Shown: positions 1-9,700 of the stretch, piece by piece
Layout of the letters: every line of letters begins with the position of its first letter
Numbering within the stretch: the stretch's first letter is position 1
Assembly (NCBI RefSeq): GCF_026625565.1
Contig: NZ_CP112998.1
Coordinates: 6,603,194-6,667,193, forward strand
Length of the DNA stretch: 64,000 bases
Direction: 5' to 3'
DNA from: Dyadobacter pollutisoli
GTDB lineage: Bacteria; Bacteroidota; Bacteroidia; Cytophagales; Spirosomataceae
Made by a program: the position numbers and the translations under genes
The notes under the pieces: generated by a model
Databases searched by the model: none
Seen by the model: only the letters and a program-made list of their open reading frames with translations
Told to the model about the DNA's origin: nothing

Positions 1-101
1 AGCAGCTTGTCGGCCTGGAAGATGCTTATGTCGCTGCGGATGGAATTGAAGTTGGGTATGGCTCGAAGGTTCCGCTTTGGATGTTTGGGATGTTATATTG
101 A
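1..101 (+). CDS. 3' end of an unidentified gene entering from upstream (partial)
   Basis: Frame 3 is open from the window edge and reads ...QLVGLEDAYVAADGIEVGYGSKVPLWMFGMLY with TGA at 99-101. A hairpin terminator follows. Product not recognised. Confidence 0.25.
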   Translation, partial: QLVGLEDAYVAADGIEVGYGSKVPLWMFGMLY

Positions 102-110
102 ATGTGGTAT

Positions 111-133
111 AAAAAAGGCCGGTTGAACCGGCC
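111..133. terminator. Rho-independent terminator hairpin, possibly bidirectional
   Basis: GGCCGGTT-GAA-CCGGCC perfect stem at 117-133 preceded by AAAAAA at 111-116. On the minus strand this is a hairpin plus T-run directly after the stop of ORF 151..339. Confidence 0.6.
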
Positions 134-150
134 TAAAAGGTATATTATAA

Positions 151-339
151 TTAGTGGCTGTTGCCATTGAACAGCTGCCTACTGACTAAGTCTCGGAGAT
201 TGTCCGAAATTATAGAAGCGGTTTTTTCCGGGGGAGTGTCAATTCGAATTTGACCGAGAACATCAGAATTCACGGGACGATGTCCTCGCAACGAAAACGG
301 GCCTGTTTCTTTTTTTGATTTTTCTCTTGGATAAGTCAT
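151..339 (-). CDS. Hypothetical small protein (62 aa), translationally coupled downstream of the HslV-like gene
   Basis: ORF starts 12 nt after the stop of 351..1625 and is followed by a terminator. Hydrophilic, no recognisable domain. Confidence 0.4.
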   Translation of the reverse strand: MTYPREKSKKETGPFSLRGHRPVNSDVLGQIRIDTPPEKTASIISDNLRDLVSRQLFNGNSH

Positions 340-350
340 ATATGAATTGG

Positions 351-1625
351 TTATGATTGTTCAAAATTAGCGTTATTTTTTTCTTTATAATATATATGGA
401 AAAAATGAGGATTTAGATCTTGCTTGAAATAGTACTTCCTCTTCATCCATATAAACCCATCTGTTTTAGAAATTATAGCTACATCAATTGGTCCCCCTAC
501 ACTTTCTTCCGCGGACATAATTCTGCGCTTCATATATGTCATATAAATAAGATTTTCAGCTAAGTCGCTCAAATCTTCTTTTGATAAGAACGCTACGGTA
601 CTTACTGTTGGTTCAACATAATATCGAAATGACGCGCCTTGGACATTATCGTCGAATCTCTTTACTAACTCTCCTACATCTATCCTTGAAAGATGAGCTT
701 TGAGTTGATCTACTGCCGGTTGATCCAAGGGAAATCCAGATATCGTATTCAATAAATCAGTAATAACTTGCTCTATTCCATTGTGATAAACCCTCGTCAA
801 ATAGGGATGTATTCCTGTAATCATCATTTCCATCACATCTGTTTGCGCGAATGGTACGATTGAACCACTGTTTGAATCATCTATAATATCGGACTTCCCC
901 TCTACCCACCTTGCGACATTCCCAACTATTTCCCCAAGGGTTATACTTTGTAAAGATGGAAAAATTTCATTTTCTCCATAACCCGCAAAAACTAAACCAG
1001 AAGAAAGATTGTCAAAAAATTCTCCTGACTGAAAATAAGCAACAATTGTTCGACGTACCGCCTCAAAAACACCGTTGCCTGCATTAATTCCGCGCTGGGT
1101 TATCAAATGCCGCAAATCGTAAGCATCAATAAAATCATTGATAGTATTGGGGGCAATTCCAGAGCTACCCGCTTCTGCCCGATTCGAAAACCGGTTGTGC
1201 TGCCGGTCCAAGTACGAAATGAATGCTGCATGATCAAATCCAGCTGGATTGAATCGTTTCTTTCCAACATGCCTTTGTATGAATTCATCCAACAATCTTC
1301 TGATGGCTTGACCCTTTGCAACTTGAGTTAAATATTTGTCACTTGTCTGGACATGCTCGATAAATTTGTTACGATATTCGAGTAATGTATTAAACTTATC
1401 GTTGCCCAGTGATTCTCTGAAGGATTTAATGATGATTTCCCAAGGCGTTGTGAGAAGCTCCGCGGAACCGTAAATGGCAATTCCCACCGGATGGTATTTG
1501 GATAGTTTGAAAATCTTATTGGCAGTATTATAAATCTTGTTTTGGTTTGGGCCTGTTACAGTCACAGCGCTATCGGCAGCCAAAGCCACCGCGGTCTTAT
1601 TTAGTATTCCCACTACGGCAGTCAT
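351..1625 (-). CDS. Divergent proteasome/HslV-like N-terminal-threonine hydrolase with large insertions (424 aa)
   Basis: N-terminus M-TAVVGILNKTAVALAADSAV...ANKIFKL...HPVGIAIYGSAELLT aligns to HslV TTIVSVRRNGQVVIAGDGQV...ARKVRRL...GKVLAGFAGGTADAF. Thr right after the initiator Met, Asp17 and a Lys at the K33-equivalent are present. Internal GLVFAGYGENEIFPS aligns to HslV SLIITGNGDVVQPE, and C-terminal GGPIDVAIISKTDGFIW aligns to the proteasome C-terminal strands. Two long inserts lie between these blocks. Confidence 0.7.
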   Translation of the reverse strand: MTAVVGILNKTAVALAADSAVTVTGPNQNKIYNTANKIFKLSKYHPVGIAIYGSAELLTTPWEIIIKSFRESLGNDKFNTLLEYRNKFIEHVQTSDKYLTQVAKGQAIRRLLDEFIQRHVGKKRFNPAGFDHAAFISYLDRQHNRFSNRAEAGSSGIAPNTINDFIDAYDLRHLITQRGINAGNGVFEAVRRTIVAYFQSGEFFDNLSSGLVFAGYGENEIFPSLQSITLGEIVGNVARWVEGKSDIIDDSNSGSIVPFAQTDVMEMMITGIHPYLTRVYHNGIEQVITDLLNTISGFPLDQPAVDQLKAHLSRIDVGELVKRFDDNVQGASFRYYVEPTVSTVAFLSKEDLSDLAENLIYMTYMKRRIMSAEESVGGPIDVAIISKTDGFIWMKRKYYFKQDLNPHFFHIYYKEKNNANFEQS

Positions 1626-1979
1626 AAAATAGAGGTTAGGTTCAAGATTTTTCCTGTAAAATACAAAATCTACCTGCCGGAGCAGAAAGCATTTATTTAT
1701 CGGTTAACATTTCGAATGCAGTTGTGCAAATCTGTTTGATTGGCATTGTCGTGTTTCCAAAGATTAGATTTTGCCTTTTAGCCCCCTACCCACCCAACCA
1801 AACTTTCCCCTATATTTGCCCCGCAAACTTTGAGAATTAAATATAGAGCTAATGTTAAAATTTAGGACAAAATGGCCTTGGAGAGGCATACGGGTGCAAG
1901 TCCCGAGACCTATCAAAGTTAGCTCTTTGACGAAGTTTGCGGTGACCTCTCCTTATTTATTCACACTTACCCATTTTAA

Positions 1980-2267
1980 ATGCAAACTTCGGATGGTTCA
2001 GGTGTTGACGCGAATGCAAATTCAGTCAACCCAGCGGTTAATGCACGTCACGCATCAAATGTCGGCGATCCGCTGACAGAGTCCCAAGCCAAGTTTTGGT
2101 ATCTCGTAGAATGTCAGGGCTGCAAGGAACTGGCGCATTCGCTTAAAATGATCCATGATCTGGCGCTTTATCATTCGGATATTCCGTTTGATAAGGCTGA
2201 AAAATCGGCGCTTTTTGATGTGAAGGTGCTTTGGGAAGGGTTTGAGAAGATGGAGGCGAAAGCTTAG
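1980..2267 (+). CDS. Hypothetical protein (95 aa)
   Basis: ORF followed immediately by a strong intrinsic terminator. No recognisable domain. Confidence 0.45.
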   Translation: MQTSDGSGVDANANSVNPAVNARHASNVGDPLTESQAKFWYLVECQGCKELAHSLKMIHDLALYHSDIPFDKAEKSALFDVKVLWEGFEKMEAKA

Positions 2268-2274
2268 GAATGAG

Positions 2275-2299
2275 GGACTGTTGGCGACAGTCCTTTTTT
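2275..2299 (+). terminator. Rho-independent terminator
   Basis: GGACTGT-TGGCG-ACAGTCC perfect 7-bp stem followed by TTTTTT. Confidence 0.7.
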
Positions 2300-2303
2300 G
2301 TAG

Positions 2304-2891
2304 TTAATGCTTCTCCGCATGATAATAGTGGTTCCCGCCCTCATCCTCAAACTCCTCAATAACCGAAAGCCCCGACGCTACCAGCAGCTCTTTATAACTC
2401 TCCGCTCCGAGCGATACCGATTCGATTCTTGTAATGGCATCTTCCCATTTCATTTTCTGAGCAGGTGCCGTAAATAGCAGCTTTCCACCATTGGATAGCG
2501 CATTTGCTATTTTTTGAATTACAACTTTCTGTGTTTTTTCAGGTAAGAGAAACATGAGCCCCCAGGCAATGATGGCGTCGAACTGCCGGTTGAAAAATGA
2601 GGAATCTTCTGCGGCTTCACATGCGACGGGACTATTTCGGAAGTTCTGCTTGAAGATTTGGACCATTGAAGGCGACGCGTCCATTCCATAAATGGTCAAA
2701 CCTTCATCTGCCAATGTCTTCGAAATGGGCAGGCCCGTACCGCAGCCTATGTCCAGCACCGTTGCATTTAGAAACAGTGACCTTGCCCAATTCCGAACCG
2801 ATGCCACGCCTACGCCATTGATGCCCGTCGAGCGACAGCGAATGAATGTCGCTGCGTTCTCTTCGTATCCGTTTGATTTATCCATTTTCAT
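2304..2891 (-). CDS. Class I SAM-dependent methyltransferase
   Basis: Motif I VLDIGCGTGLPIS and post-I acidic residue (IYGMDASPSMV); 195 aa. Confidence 0.8.
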   Translation of the reverse strand: MKMDKSNGYEENAATFIRCRSTGINGVGVASVRNWARSLFLNATVLDIGCGTGLPISKTLADEGLTIYGMDASPSMVQIFKQNFRNSPVACEAAEDSSFFNRQFDAIIAWGLMFLLPEKTQKVVIQKIANALSNGGKLLFTAPAQKMKWEDAITRIESVSLGAESYKELLVASGLSVIEEFEDEGGNHYYHAEKH

Positions 2892-2991
2892 TCAGAATTA
2901 AACTCCTAGGTTTTTCATTGCATTCCCGAGACCAAAACTGATGTCAATTTCTTTCCTTGCTTTTTCTAATACTAGAAGAAATAAGCATTGA

Positions 2992-3423
2992 TTAATTTTT
3001 CATTTCGATCAGGTCCCACAGATTACCATAAAGGTCGGCGAAGACTGCCACAGTACCATAACTTTCTTCCGACGGCTCCCGGACAATTCGAACACCATTT
3101 GAAACCAAATTATGGTAGTCGCGCCAAAAGTCGTCGGTGTTCAGAAAAAGAAAGACTCGTCCGCCAGTTTGATCACCTACATGGGCCCGTTGCTCTCCCG
3201 TAACTGCCTTTGCGAGAAGCAAACAGGATTCGGTCGCCGCACCTGGCGCAATACGTACCCACCGTTTGGTCTCACTCAACATCGTATCTTCGAGCAATAC
3301 GAACCCCAGCTTTTGCACATAAAAGGAGATCGCATTGTCATAATCCTCGACCAACAAACTTATCAGGGAAATGTGCTTTTTCATTGAGGTGGAACATGTT
3401 GGTAACAACCCAAATGAAAGCAA
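2992..3423 (-). CDS. VOC family protein (glyoxalase/bleomycin-resistance/dioxygenase fold)
   Basis: ISLISLLVEDYDNAISFYVQKLGF... is typical of the VOC beta-alpha-beta-beta-beta fold. The likely true start is the internal Met (MKKHISL) at about 3384. Confidence 0.7.
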   Translation of the reverse strand: MLSFGLLPTCSTSMKKHISLISLLVEDYDNAISFYVQKLGFVLLEDTMLSETKRWVRIAPGAATESCLLLAKAVTGEQRAHVGDQTGGRVFLFLNTDDFWRDYHNLVSNGVRIVREPSEESYGTVAVFADLYGNLWDLIEMKN

Positions 3424-3605
3424 AACAAACCGGACAACAAAGCAAATTTATGGTTTCATTTGGCCTCACTGGGGTATTCAGCAATGCGCTGCGAGCAACT
3501 GCAAGGTAGATTTTAGAGATTCTAGGACTGCTAGCGACTGTCCTTTTTTGTTTATTTGCCAACGAATTTCAGTTCTTCTATTAACGTCCAACATTTCACT
3601 TCCAT

Positions 3606-3830
3606 ATGTCCTTTTTCAAAGCAGCTCTTATTTCCCTGTTCTGTTTGCTCGTTTCGCTCACGTTTGCGCAGCCTTCTTCCAAAAGTATTACTGCAAAAGA
3701 GGCTGCTGCTGAGACGGAAAGGGTTATTTCGGATTACAAAAAGAAGATTTTTTCAAGCAGCAAAGCAGATTGGGACAAGGGCAAAATTCAGATCGGTAGC
3801 GACAGTCTGCTTTTACCGTTCCAACGGTAG
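3606..3830 (+). CDS. Small secreted protein (74 aa, signal peptide)
   Basis: N-terminal hydrophobic signal MSFFKAALISLFCLLVSLTFAQP followed by a hydrophilic region. Sits between the VOC gene and the integrase. Confidence 0.35.
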   Translation: MSFFKAALISLFCLLVSLTFAQPSSKSITAKEAAAETERVISDYKKKIFSSSKADWDKGKIQIGSDSLLLPFQR

Positions 3831-3856
3831 TGCCATACAGATTCGGTCACGCGCTG

Positions 3857-5101
3857 TTAAAAGTTCCTCAATTTCTCCTTCAGTGCTTTCATATCCTCAC
3901 TAACCTTTATGTCCAAAATCTTCGCATAGATCATAGTTTGCTTCAAAGACCGATGCCCAAGCATCTTCGAAACCGTTTCTATCGGTACTTTATTACTCAG
4001 CGTGACGGTGGTAGCAAAGGTGTGTCTTGCAATGTGGAAAGTAAGCGTTTTGGAGATACCGCATAGACTTGCAATCTCTTTCAGGTAGGCGTTCATCTTT
4101 TGGTTGCTAAGAACCGGAAGTACAACGCCGAGATTGCTGCATTGTGGGTCATCCTTGTATCGGTCCATTATTTCAAGAGCACCTGGGAGCAATGGGATTC
4201 TTGTTGGAGCATCGGTTTTTTGGCGTGTTGTATCAATCCAGGGATCTCCATCCATTCCGATCACGATATCCGTGCGTTTTAAATGTTTAACATCGACATA
4301 AGCCAATCCTGTGTAGCAGCAAAACAGGAAAATATCACGCACCTGGCTGATCCGTTCCACTTCAAATACTTTTTCCGTCAGACGTTTTAGCTCCTCTCTG
4401 CTCAGTGGATTTTTGACGACTTCTTTCTTCGTCAGTTTGAACCCTTGAAACGGATCCTTTTTCAGCCATTTATTATTGACACAGATGAGAACAATCTTCT
4501 TAAGATTGGACATGTATTTGATTGCTGAATTGTGATTGCAACCCCGGGCAGTCTTTAACCAGAAGGAAAATTCCGAAATGAATTCAAAGTCAAGATCGCT
4601 GATGAGAAAGTCATCCACTTTGTATTTCCACTGAATGAAGGATTGGGTGTGTTCCCGGGCCGTTTTGTACCTCTTCAAGGTTAAGGGTGCGAACTCTTTG
4701 CCAACAAGTGCTTCCATTTGTTTGTTGTGGTGCTCAAACACTTCCAGGATTGTACGCTTTTCAGTGCTTTTACCAAGCAAAACATTTTTCAATGTTTCTG
4801 CGGTTACGTGCTTATCATCGTCAATGAGCATTTTTCTTGCCTGGAAGACTTTCGAGGTCAAGGTGTCCAAATAGGCATTGAGTGTCCTGGCAGCCTCATT
4901 ATTTCCGGTAGCCCGCCCTGCTTCCGTGCTCCACCTGTTTGGGTTGCAGAGACGTTTGGTAGACAAATCGATATACTTTCCATCGACTGTAATTCTAAGG
5001 TAAACATATCGTAAACCTTCCTTTTGATTTTTCGTTGTTTTCAAATAGAAAAACAACCCGAAACTGTTTTCTAACATAACACAAGCGTTTAGAATGAACA
5101 A
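3857..5101 (-). CDS. Tyrosine-type site-specific integrase (Bacteroidetes phage-integrase family)
   Basis: C-terminal catalytic box HIARHTFAT...LGHRSLKQTMIYAKI carries the R-H-R-Y signature. The N-terminal arm-binding-like region FYLKTTKN suggests the likely start is an internal Met at about 5077. It lies immediately next to the 3' end of tRNA-His. Confidence 0.9.
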   Translation of the reverse strand: MFILNACVMLENSFGLFFYLKTTKNQKEGLRYVYLRITVDGKYIDLSTKRLCNPNRWSTEAGRATGNNEAARTLNAYLDTLTSKVFQARKMLIDDDKHVTAETLKNVLLGKSTEKRTILEVFEHHNKQMEALVGKEFAPLTLKRYKTAREHTQSFIQWKYKVDDFLISDLDFEFISEFSFWLKTARGCNHNSAIKYMSNLKKIVLICVNNKWLKKDPFQGFKLTKKEVVKNPLSREELKRLTEKVFEVERISQVRDIFLFCCYTGLAYVDVKHLKRTDIVIGMDGDPWIDTTRQKTDAPTRIPLLPGALEIMDRYKDDPQCSNLGVVLPVLSNQKMNAYLKEIASLCGISKTLTFHIARHTFATTVTLSNKVPIETVSKMLGHRSLKQTMIYAKILDIKVSEDMKALKEKLRNF

Positions 5102-5262
5102 ATGTCGAGTCGCCGCGCTTGCAAATCAAGATGTTCAGCGTACATACATCTTGACAATCAATGAATTAACCCCGTTTTGGAGGCTATTTCGAGCGTCTTT
5201 AAAAAGACTACACGAATGACGCTCAAAAAGAATGGGTTTTTTTGAATATTTTGGCATACTGC

Positions 5263-5312
5263 CAAAAACAAAAATGCCCATAAATCATTGATTTACAGGC
5301 ATTTTGTTTGAC
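5263..5312 (-). terminator. Hairpin plus T-run downstream of tRNA-His
   Basis: CAAACAAAATGCC...GGCATTTTTGTTTTTGG inverted repeat with about 20-nt loop directly 3' of the tRNA on the minus strand. Confidence 0.45.
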
Positions 5313-5328
5313 TTTGAATACTTAAAAT

Positions 5329-5404
5329 GGGAGGGAGACGGGTCTCGAACCCGCGACCTCTAGAACCACAATCTAGCGCTCTAACCGACTGAGCTACAAC
5401 CTCC
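5329..5404 (-). tRNA. tRNA-His (anticodon GTG) with encoded G-1; acceptor stem has two mismatches
   Basis: Minus strand reads GGAGGTTGTAGCTCAGTCGGTTAGAGCGCTAGATTGTGGTTCTAGAGGTCGCGGGTTCGAGACCCGTCTCCCTCCCA. It has D-stem GCTC/GAGC, anticodon stem CTAGA/TCTAG with loop TTGTGGT (anticodon GTG), T-loop TTCGAGA, and G-1:C73. The 3' acceptor strand CTCCCTC gives mismatches at 5-68 and 6-67. Confidence 0.75.
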
Positions 5405-5446
5405 GTTCTGATGGGAAAACCCCTTTCGAGGACACAAAATTAGGAA

Positions 5447-5501
5447 AAGGTTTGAAGGTTGCAAGTCCAACAGTGCACTTTTTTTTCAACCTTCAAACCT
5501 A
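5447..5501 (-). terminator. Putative terminator of the superoxide dismutase gene
   Basis: 13-bp inverted repeat GGTTTGAAGGTTG...CAACCTTCAAACC with a long loop, followed on the minus strand by a T-rich run. Confidence 0.35.
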
Positions 5502-5519
5502 AATCTATATTTTCAACCC

Positions 5520-6125
5520 TTAGTTAGCTCCAACATAAAGAGCGTCAGCGGCTTTCCAGTCCACTACGTTCCAGTATGCGTCGATGTAATCCGGGCGTTT
5601 GTTTTGATATTTCAGGTAATAAGCATGTTCCCACACGTCCAAACCGATGATAGGCGTTCCTTTTACTTCTGCAATGTCCATCAATGGGTTGTCCTGATTT
5701 GGGGTAGAAGTGATCGCTACGCCGTCGCCAGATTTGATCAACCAGGCCCAGCCTGAGCCGAAACGACCTGTGGCAGCTTTTTTGAACTCGTCTTTAAATG
5801 CTTGGAATGAACCGAATTTCGCTGTGATAGCTTTTCCTAGCTCGCCCGTTGGTTCGCCGCCCCCGTTTGGAGAAAGTGATTTCCAGAAAAATGAGTGGTT
5901 CCAGTGACCTCCGCCATTGTTACGAACTGGTGCCGGCGCTTTGCTGATATTGGCGATAATTTCTTCTATTGTTTTGCCTTCCAATTCGGTACCTGCCACT
6001 GCTGCATTCAAATTGGTAACATAGGCCTGGTGGTGACGGTCATGATGTATCTCCATGGTCAATGCATCGATATGCGGCTCCAATGCATTGTTTGCGTAAG
6101 GTAAGGGATCTAGTGTAAATGCCAT
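5520..6125 (-). CDS. Fe/Mn superoxide dismutase
   Basis: Canonical motifs [22 protein letters not shown], and D..EHAYY metal ligands; 201 aa. Confidence 0.95.
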   Translation of the reverse strand: MAFTLDPLPYANNALEPHIDALTMEIHHDRHHQAYVTNLNAAVAGTELEGKTIEEIIANISKAPAPVRNNGGGHWNHSFFWKSLSPNGGGEPTGELGKAITAKFGSFQAFKDEFKKAATGRFGSGWAWLIKSGDGVAITSTPNQDNPLMDIAEVKGTPIIGLDVWEHAYYLKYQNKRPDYIDAYWNVVDWKAADALYVGAN

Positions 6126-6189
6126 TTTAAGTGTAGTTTAAATGAAAAATGAATATGCTTGATTAGTTGGCTAACAGCAGAAAAACGCT

Positions 6190-6642
6190 TTATGTTCTTA
6201 ATTGCCTAAAAAATTTGACTAACAACTCCTGCGATTCCGCGGCTAGAATTCCGCTTGACAACTTTGTTTTGGGGTGCAAAATACCTTTTCCTAATTTAGA
6301 GAAACCACGTTTTTCATCCATCGCGCCCAGTACCACCCGCTTCATCTGTGTCCAGTAAAGCGCACCTGCGCACATTACACAAGGTTCAAGCGTCACATAC
6401 AATGTGCAGTCCTGCAGGTACTTTGACCCCAGGTGGTCAGAAGCAGCCGTAATGGCGATCATTTCGGCATGGGCGGTCACATCATTGAGCTTCTCGGTCT
6501 GATTATAGCCTTTGCCGATAATGCGCTCTCCGATCACAACCACCGCACCGACGGGTATTTCGCCTTCGTCATACGCAACCTGCGCGAGACGTAGCGCCTC
6601 TGCCATAAAATGATGATCGAGAATGTCGGTCTGGATATCCAA
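6190..6642 (-). CDS. tadA: tRNA-specific adenosine deaminase
   Basis: CDA zinc motifs HAEMIAI and PCVMCAGAL; N-terminal MAEALRLAQ. 150 aa. Confidence 0.85.
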   Translation of the reverse strand: MDIQTDILDHHFMAEALRLAQVAYDEGEIPVGAVVVIGERIIGKGYNQTEKLNDVTAHAEMIAITAASDHLGSKYLQDCTLYVTLEPCVMCAGALYWTQMKRVVLGAMDEKRGFSKLGKGILHPKTKLSSGILAAESQELLVKFFRQLRT

Positions 6643-6723
6643 TGTCTTTTCCCAATAGGTGATAAAAAATGGGACATTTATCGCTAAGCAACAAATGTCC
6701 CATCCAGTGTTTTATAATGCAAA

Positions 6724-9700
6724 TTAAGGTTTCATAACACGCTGAACTGTGTTTAGATTTCCGTTTTGAATGCGGATCAAATACAGCCCCGAAGGATAAC
6801 CTCCAAAATCAACGTCGGTTGTTTTCTGACGGATTGCTTTGGTCGCCCTCGATCGCCCGTTCAAATCGATCACCTCAACGCTCGCTTCTTTTGGAGAAAC
6901 AACGCCAGTGATTTCAACCGTAATTTTTGAATCGATCAATGTAGGATAAACCTTCACCCAGTCAGCAGGAGCAGGAGGTTCAACACCGAGGATAGGATCG
7001 ACCTGTACCCTTGCCGAGCCAGCACCCGTTCCGGTTCCGCAGCCATTTGTTGACTTCGTAATGTTATAAGTCGTGGTTACTCTCGGTGCTACTTTGAATG
7101 TAAATGGTGTTGCAGCCGCAGTGATCAACGTATCCTTCACGCCATTGTTCAAGCTGAATGTCCAGGGTGATTTCCCTGTGATCTCTACTTTCAGGTCAGC
7201 ACTTTCGCCGATCAGGATCGTTTGCGTACCTGTCAATGTTGCTACTGGCAGCGGGCTGGCCGTAATGGTAATGGCGCTCACGCTTCCTTTGACAGTGAAA
7301 TCCGGGTTAGCACCTGAACTGATCACTCTCAGAAAGTAACTTCCGCCTTTGGTAGTATCCGGTAATGTAGCGGTAACAGAATTGCTCGTCGCTACCGAAG
7401 GAATGGTCTTGAATTTGGCGTCCTCGTTCACGGTTGCAATTTGTAATTTAAACGTATTTCCAGCCGGGAAGTCCCCTGATTGTTGGAATGGTACATTGAA
7501 TGTCTTACCTGCACAAGCCTCTGCCACAGAAGGATTTCCTGAGCTAATCGTCGGGATTTTCACAGTCACCAGCGCGCTACCGATCGGAAGACCTTTTCCG
7601 CAGGCATTGGAAACTTCTGTTACGAGGTAAGAAGTGGTCGTGCTTGGTTTTACCTGAACCTGATGATTAGCCTGGTCGGTGGTATCAGTTATGCCATTGG
7701 ACAATGCGTATATCCATGGTCCGTCACCAGTAAATTTGATCGTCACAGTTGCGGTTTGCCCCAGATCGATGGTAGAGCTACCAGAAATCGTAGCAGAAGG
7801 CAATGATTTGATATGTATTTTAATTTCCTCTTTTGGACTTTCGCAACCATTTGCCCCTGTTTGAGTAACGTAGAAGGAATAGTCCTGCACTTTCTCAGTG
7901 AATGGCGTAAAAGGAACACCCTGCCATTCTGTACCATTTGCCTCGCGGTACCATTTCAGCACAGTTCCGGTCGCATCCAGTACCGGAGCCACTTCATTCT
8001 GGCAATAGGCCAGGGAAGTTTTGGTAGTAGGCTTCGGTGTTGTATTGATTTTCACATCAATTTTGGCACGGTCACTGACACAACCTTCCAAAGTTTGACC
8101 TACATAAAAAGAAGTAGTACCGCCTTCTGCTGTGGATGGAGTAGGCGCAGCAGCGCTAGGAGCTTCACCCTGGTCGTTAGTTTTGTACCAATTCAAAATT
8201 CCATTGGTAACCGGTGTAGCAGTCAATGGAACGGCCGGTACAAACTGGCAATATTCAATGAGTGGTTTTTCAATTCCCGGAAGTGCCGGAAGAGGTTTTA
8301 CTTTCACTTTCTGAACAATGCGGGTAGTGCTTTCGCAGCCTTTTCCGCTGATCTGCGTTGCGTAGAAAATCGTTTCACCCGCTGTCTTCAGATTAACAGA
8401 AGGTGTAGCAGTACTGGCCGTCCCGCCCGTCGCAGCTGTGTACCAGTTAATGGTATTTCCTTCTGCTGCCTGCGTTGGGAAAGTATAAGTTTTATCAGCA
8501 CGTTCCTGGCAGAAAATATCGGAAACGGTTGGCAATGGTGCCGGGGTTGCATTGACGATTACGTCCAGTTTGGCACGTGGGCTTTCGCAGGAAAGGCTTC
8601 CGTAAGTATTGGATTGTGTCAAATAATAAGATGTCGTTCCCGGTGTAGTAGTGGTTGGAACTGGGCCTGTAGCCGAGCCGGTTCCTCCTGTTGGGGTTGT
8701 GTACCATTTGTAAACGCCACCGGCAGGAGTTAATGCTACTGCTTTGGCTGAAACGCAATAGTTGACAGGTGTCACAGCGGGCGCTGCGGGAGTGTCTTTC
8801 ACTACTACATCGATCTTCGCACGAGGGCCTTCACACAGTCCGGCGGCAGTTTGGCTTACATAATAACTGGTTGTTCCAGCCGTAGCCGTAGCTGGTACAG
8901 GGGCTGATCCCAATGCAGTACCGCCAGTTGCTGCGGTGTACCATTTCAAATCCGTTCCGGTTGCAGTCAGCGCAGTGGCCGTTGAATTTTGGCAAATATT
9001 AACGATGGCGGTTACAGCAGGCAGAGCAGAAAGGTTTTTTACAGTAACCTTAATTTCAGCCCTTGCGCTTTCACAGCCATTTAATGTCTGAGTTACATAA
9101 TAGCTTTTTGTACCAACAGCATTGGTTGTAGGGGTTGGTGCAGATGCCGAGCCAGTTCCACCGGTTGCGGCAGCATACCACTTCAAGTCGGTCCCGGTTG
9201 CGGTTAACGTAGATGCGGTTACATTGAGACAGTAAGTAATATCTTCAACTGCGGGAGGATTTGTTTTGTTAATAGTTACTTTGATTTCAGCACGGGTGCT
9301 TTCACAACCACCTACTGTTTGGCTTACAAAGTAACTTGTAGTTCCCTCTACGGCACTGGAAGGCTTGGGAGCTGCGCCCAATGCTGCGCCACCTGACGAA
9401 GCCGCATACCATTTCAAACCAGTTCCTGTGGCAGTTAATGTTGCAGTTGTGCCATTGATACAATAAGAAATATCACTTACGCCTGGTGCTGCGGGTGGTA
9501 CACAATTGCTTACGATCACATCGATTTTCGCGCGAGGGCTTTCGCAGCTACCAACGGTTTGGGATACATAATAGCTTTTTGTACCTGCCGAAGCCGTAGA
9601 AGGTGTCGGAGCTGTACCTGACCCTGTGCCACCGGTTGCGGCATCGTACCATTTTAAGTTGGTTCCAGTGGCAGTTAATGGAACGGCAGCGTCGCCAACG

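Noticed and set aside
3210-3712. ORFs of 99 and 113 aa between the VOC gene and the integrase
   Set aside because: They overlap the VOC gene and each other on the opposite strand, have no start context, and have low-complexity translations. Only the signal-peptide ORF 3606..3830 was kept, at low confidence.
7073-8758. Plus-strand ORFs, including a 306-aa ORF at 7813..8733, inside the adhesin gene region
   Set aside because: They are antisense to a 1452-aa gene with strong repeat structure. Their translations are Cys/Ser/Arg-rich, low-complexity and lack any domain. They are artefacts of a GC-skewed repetitive coding strand.
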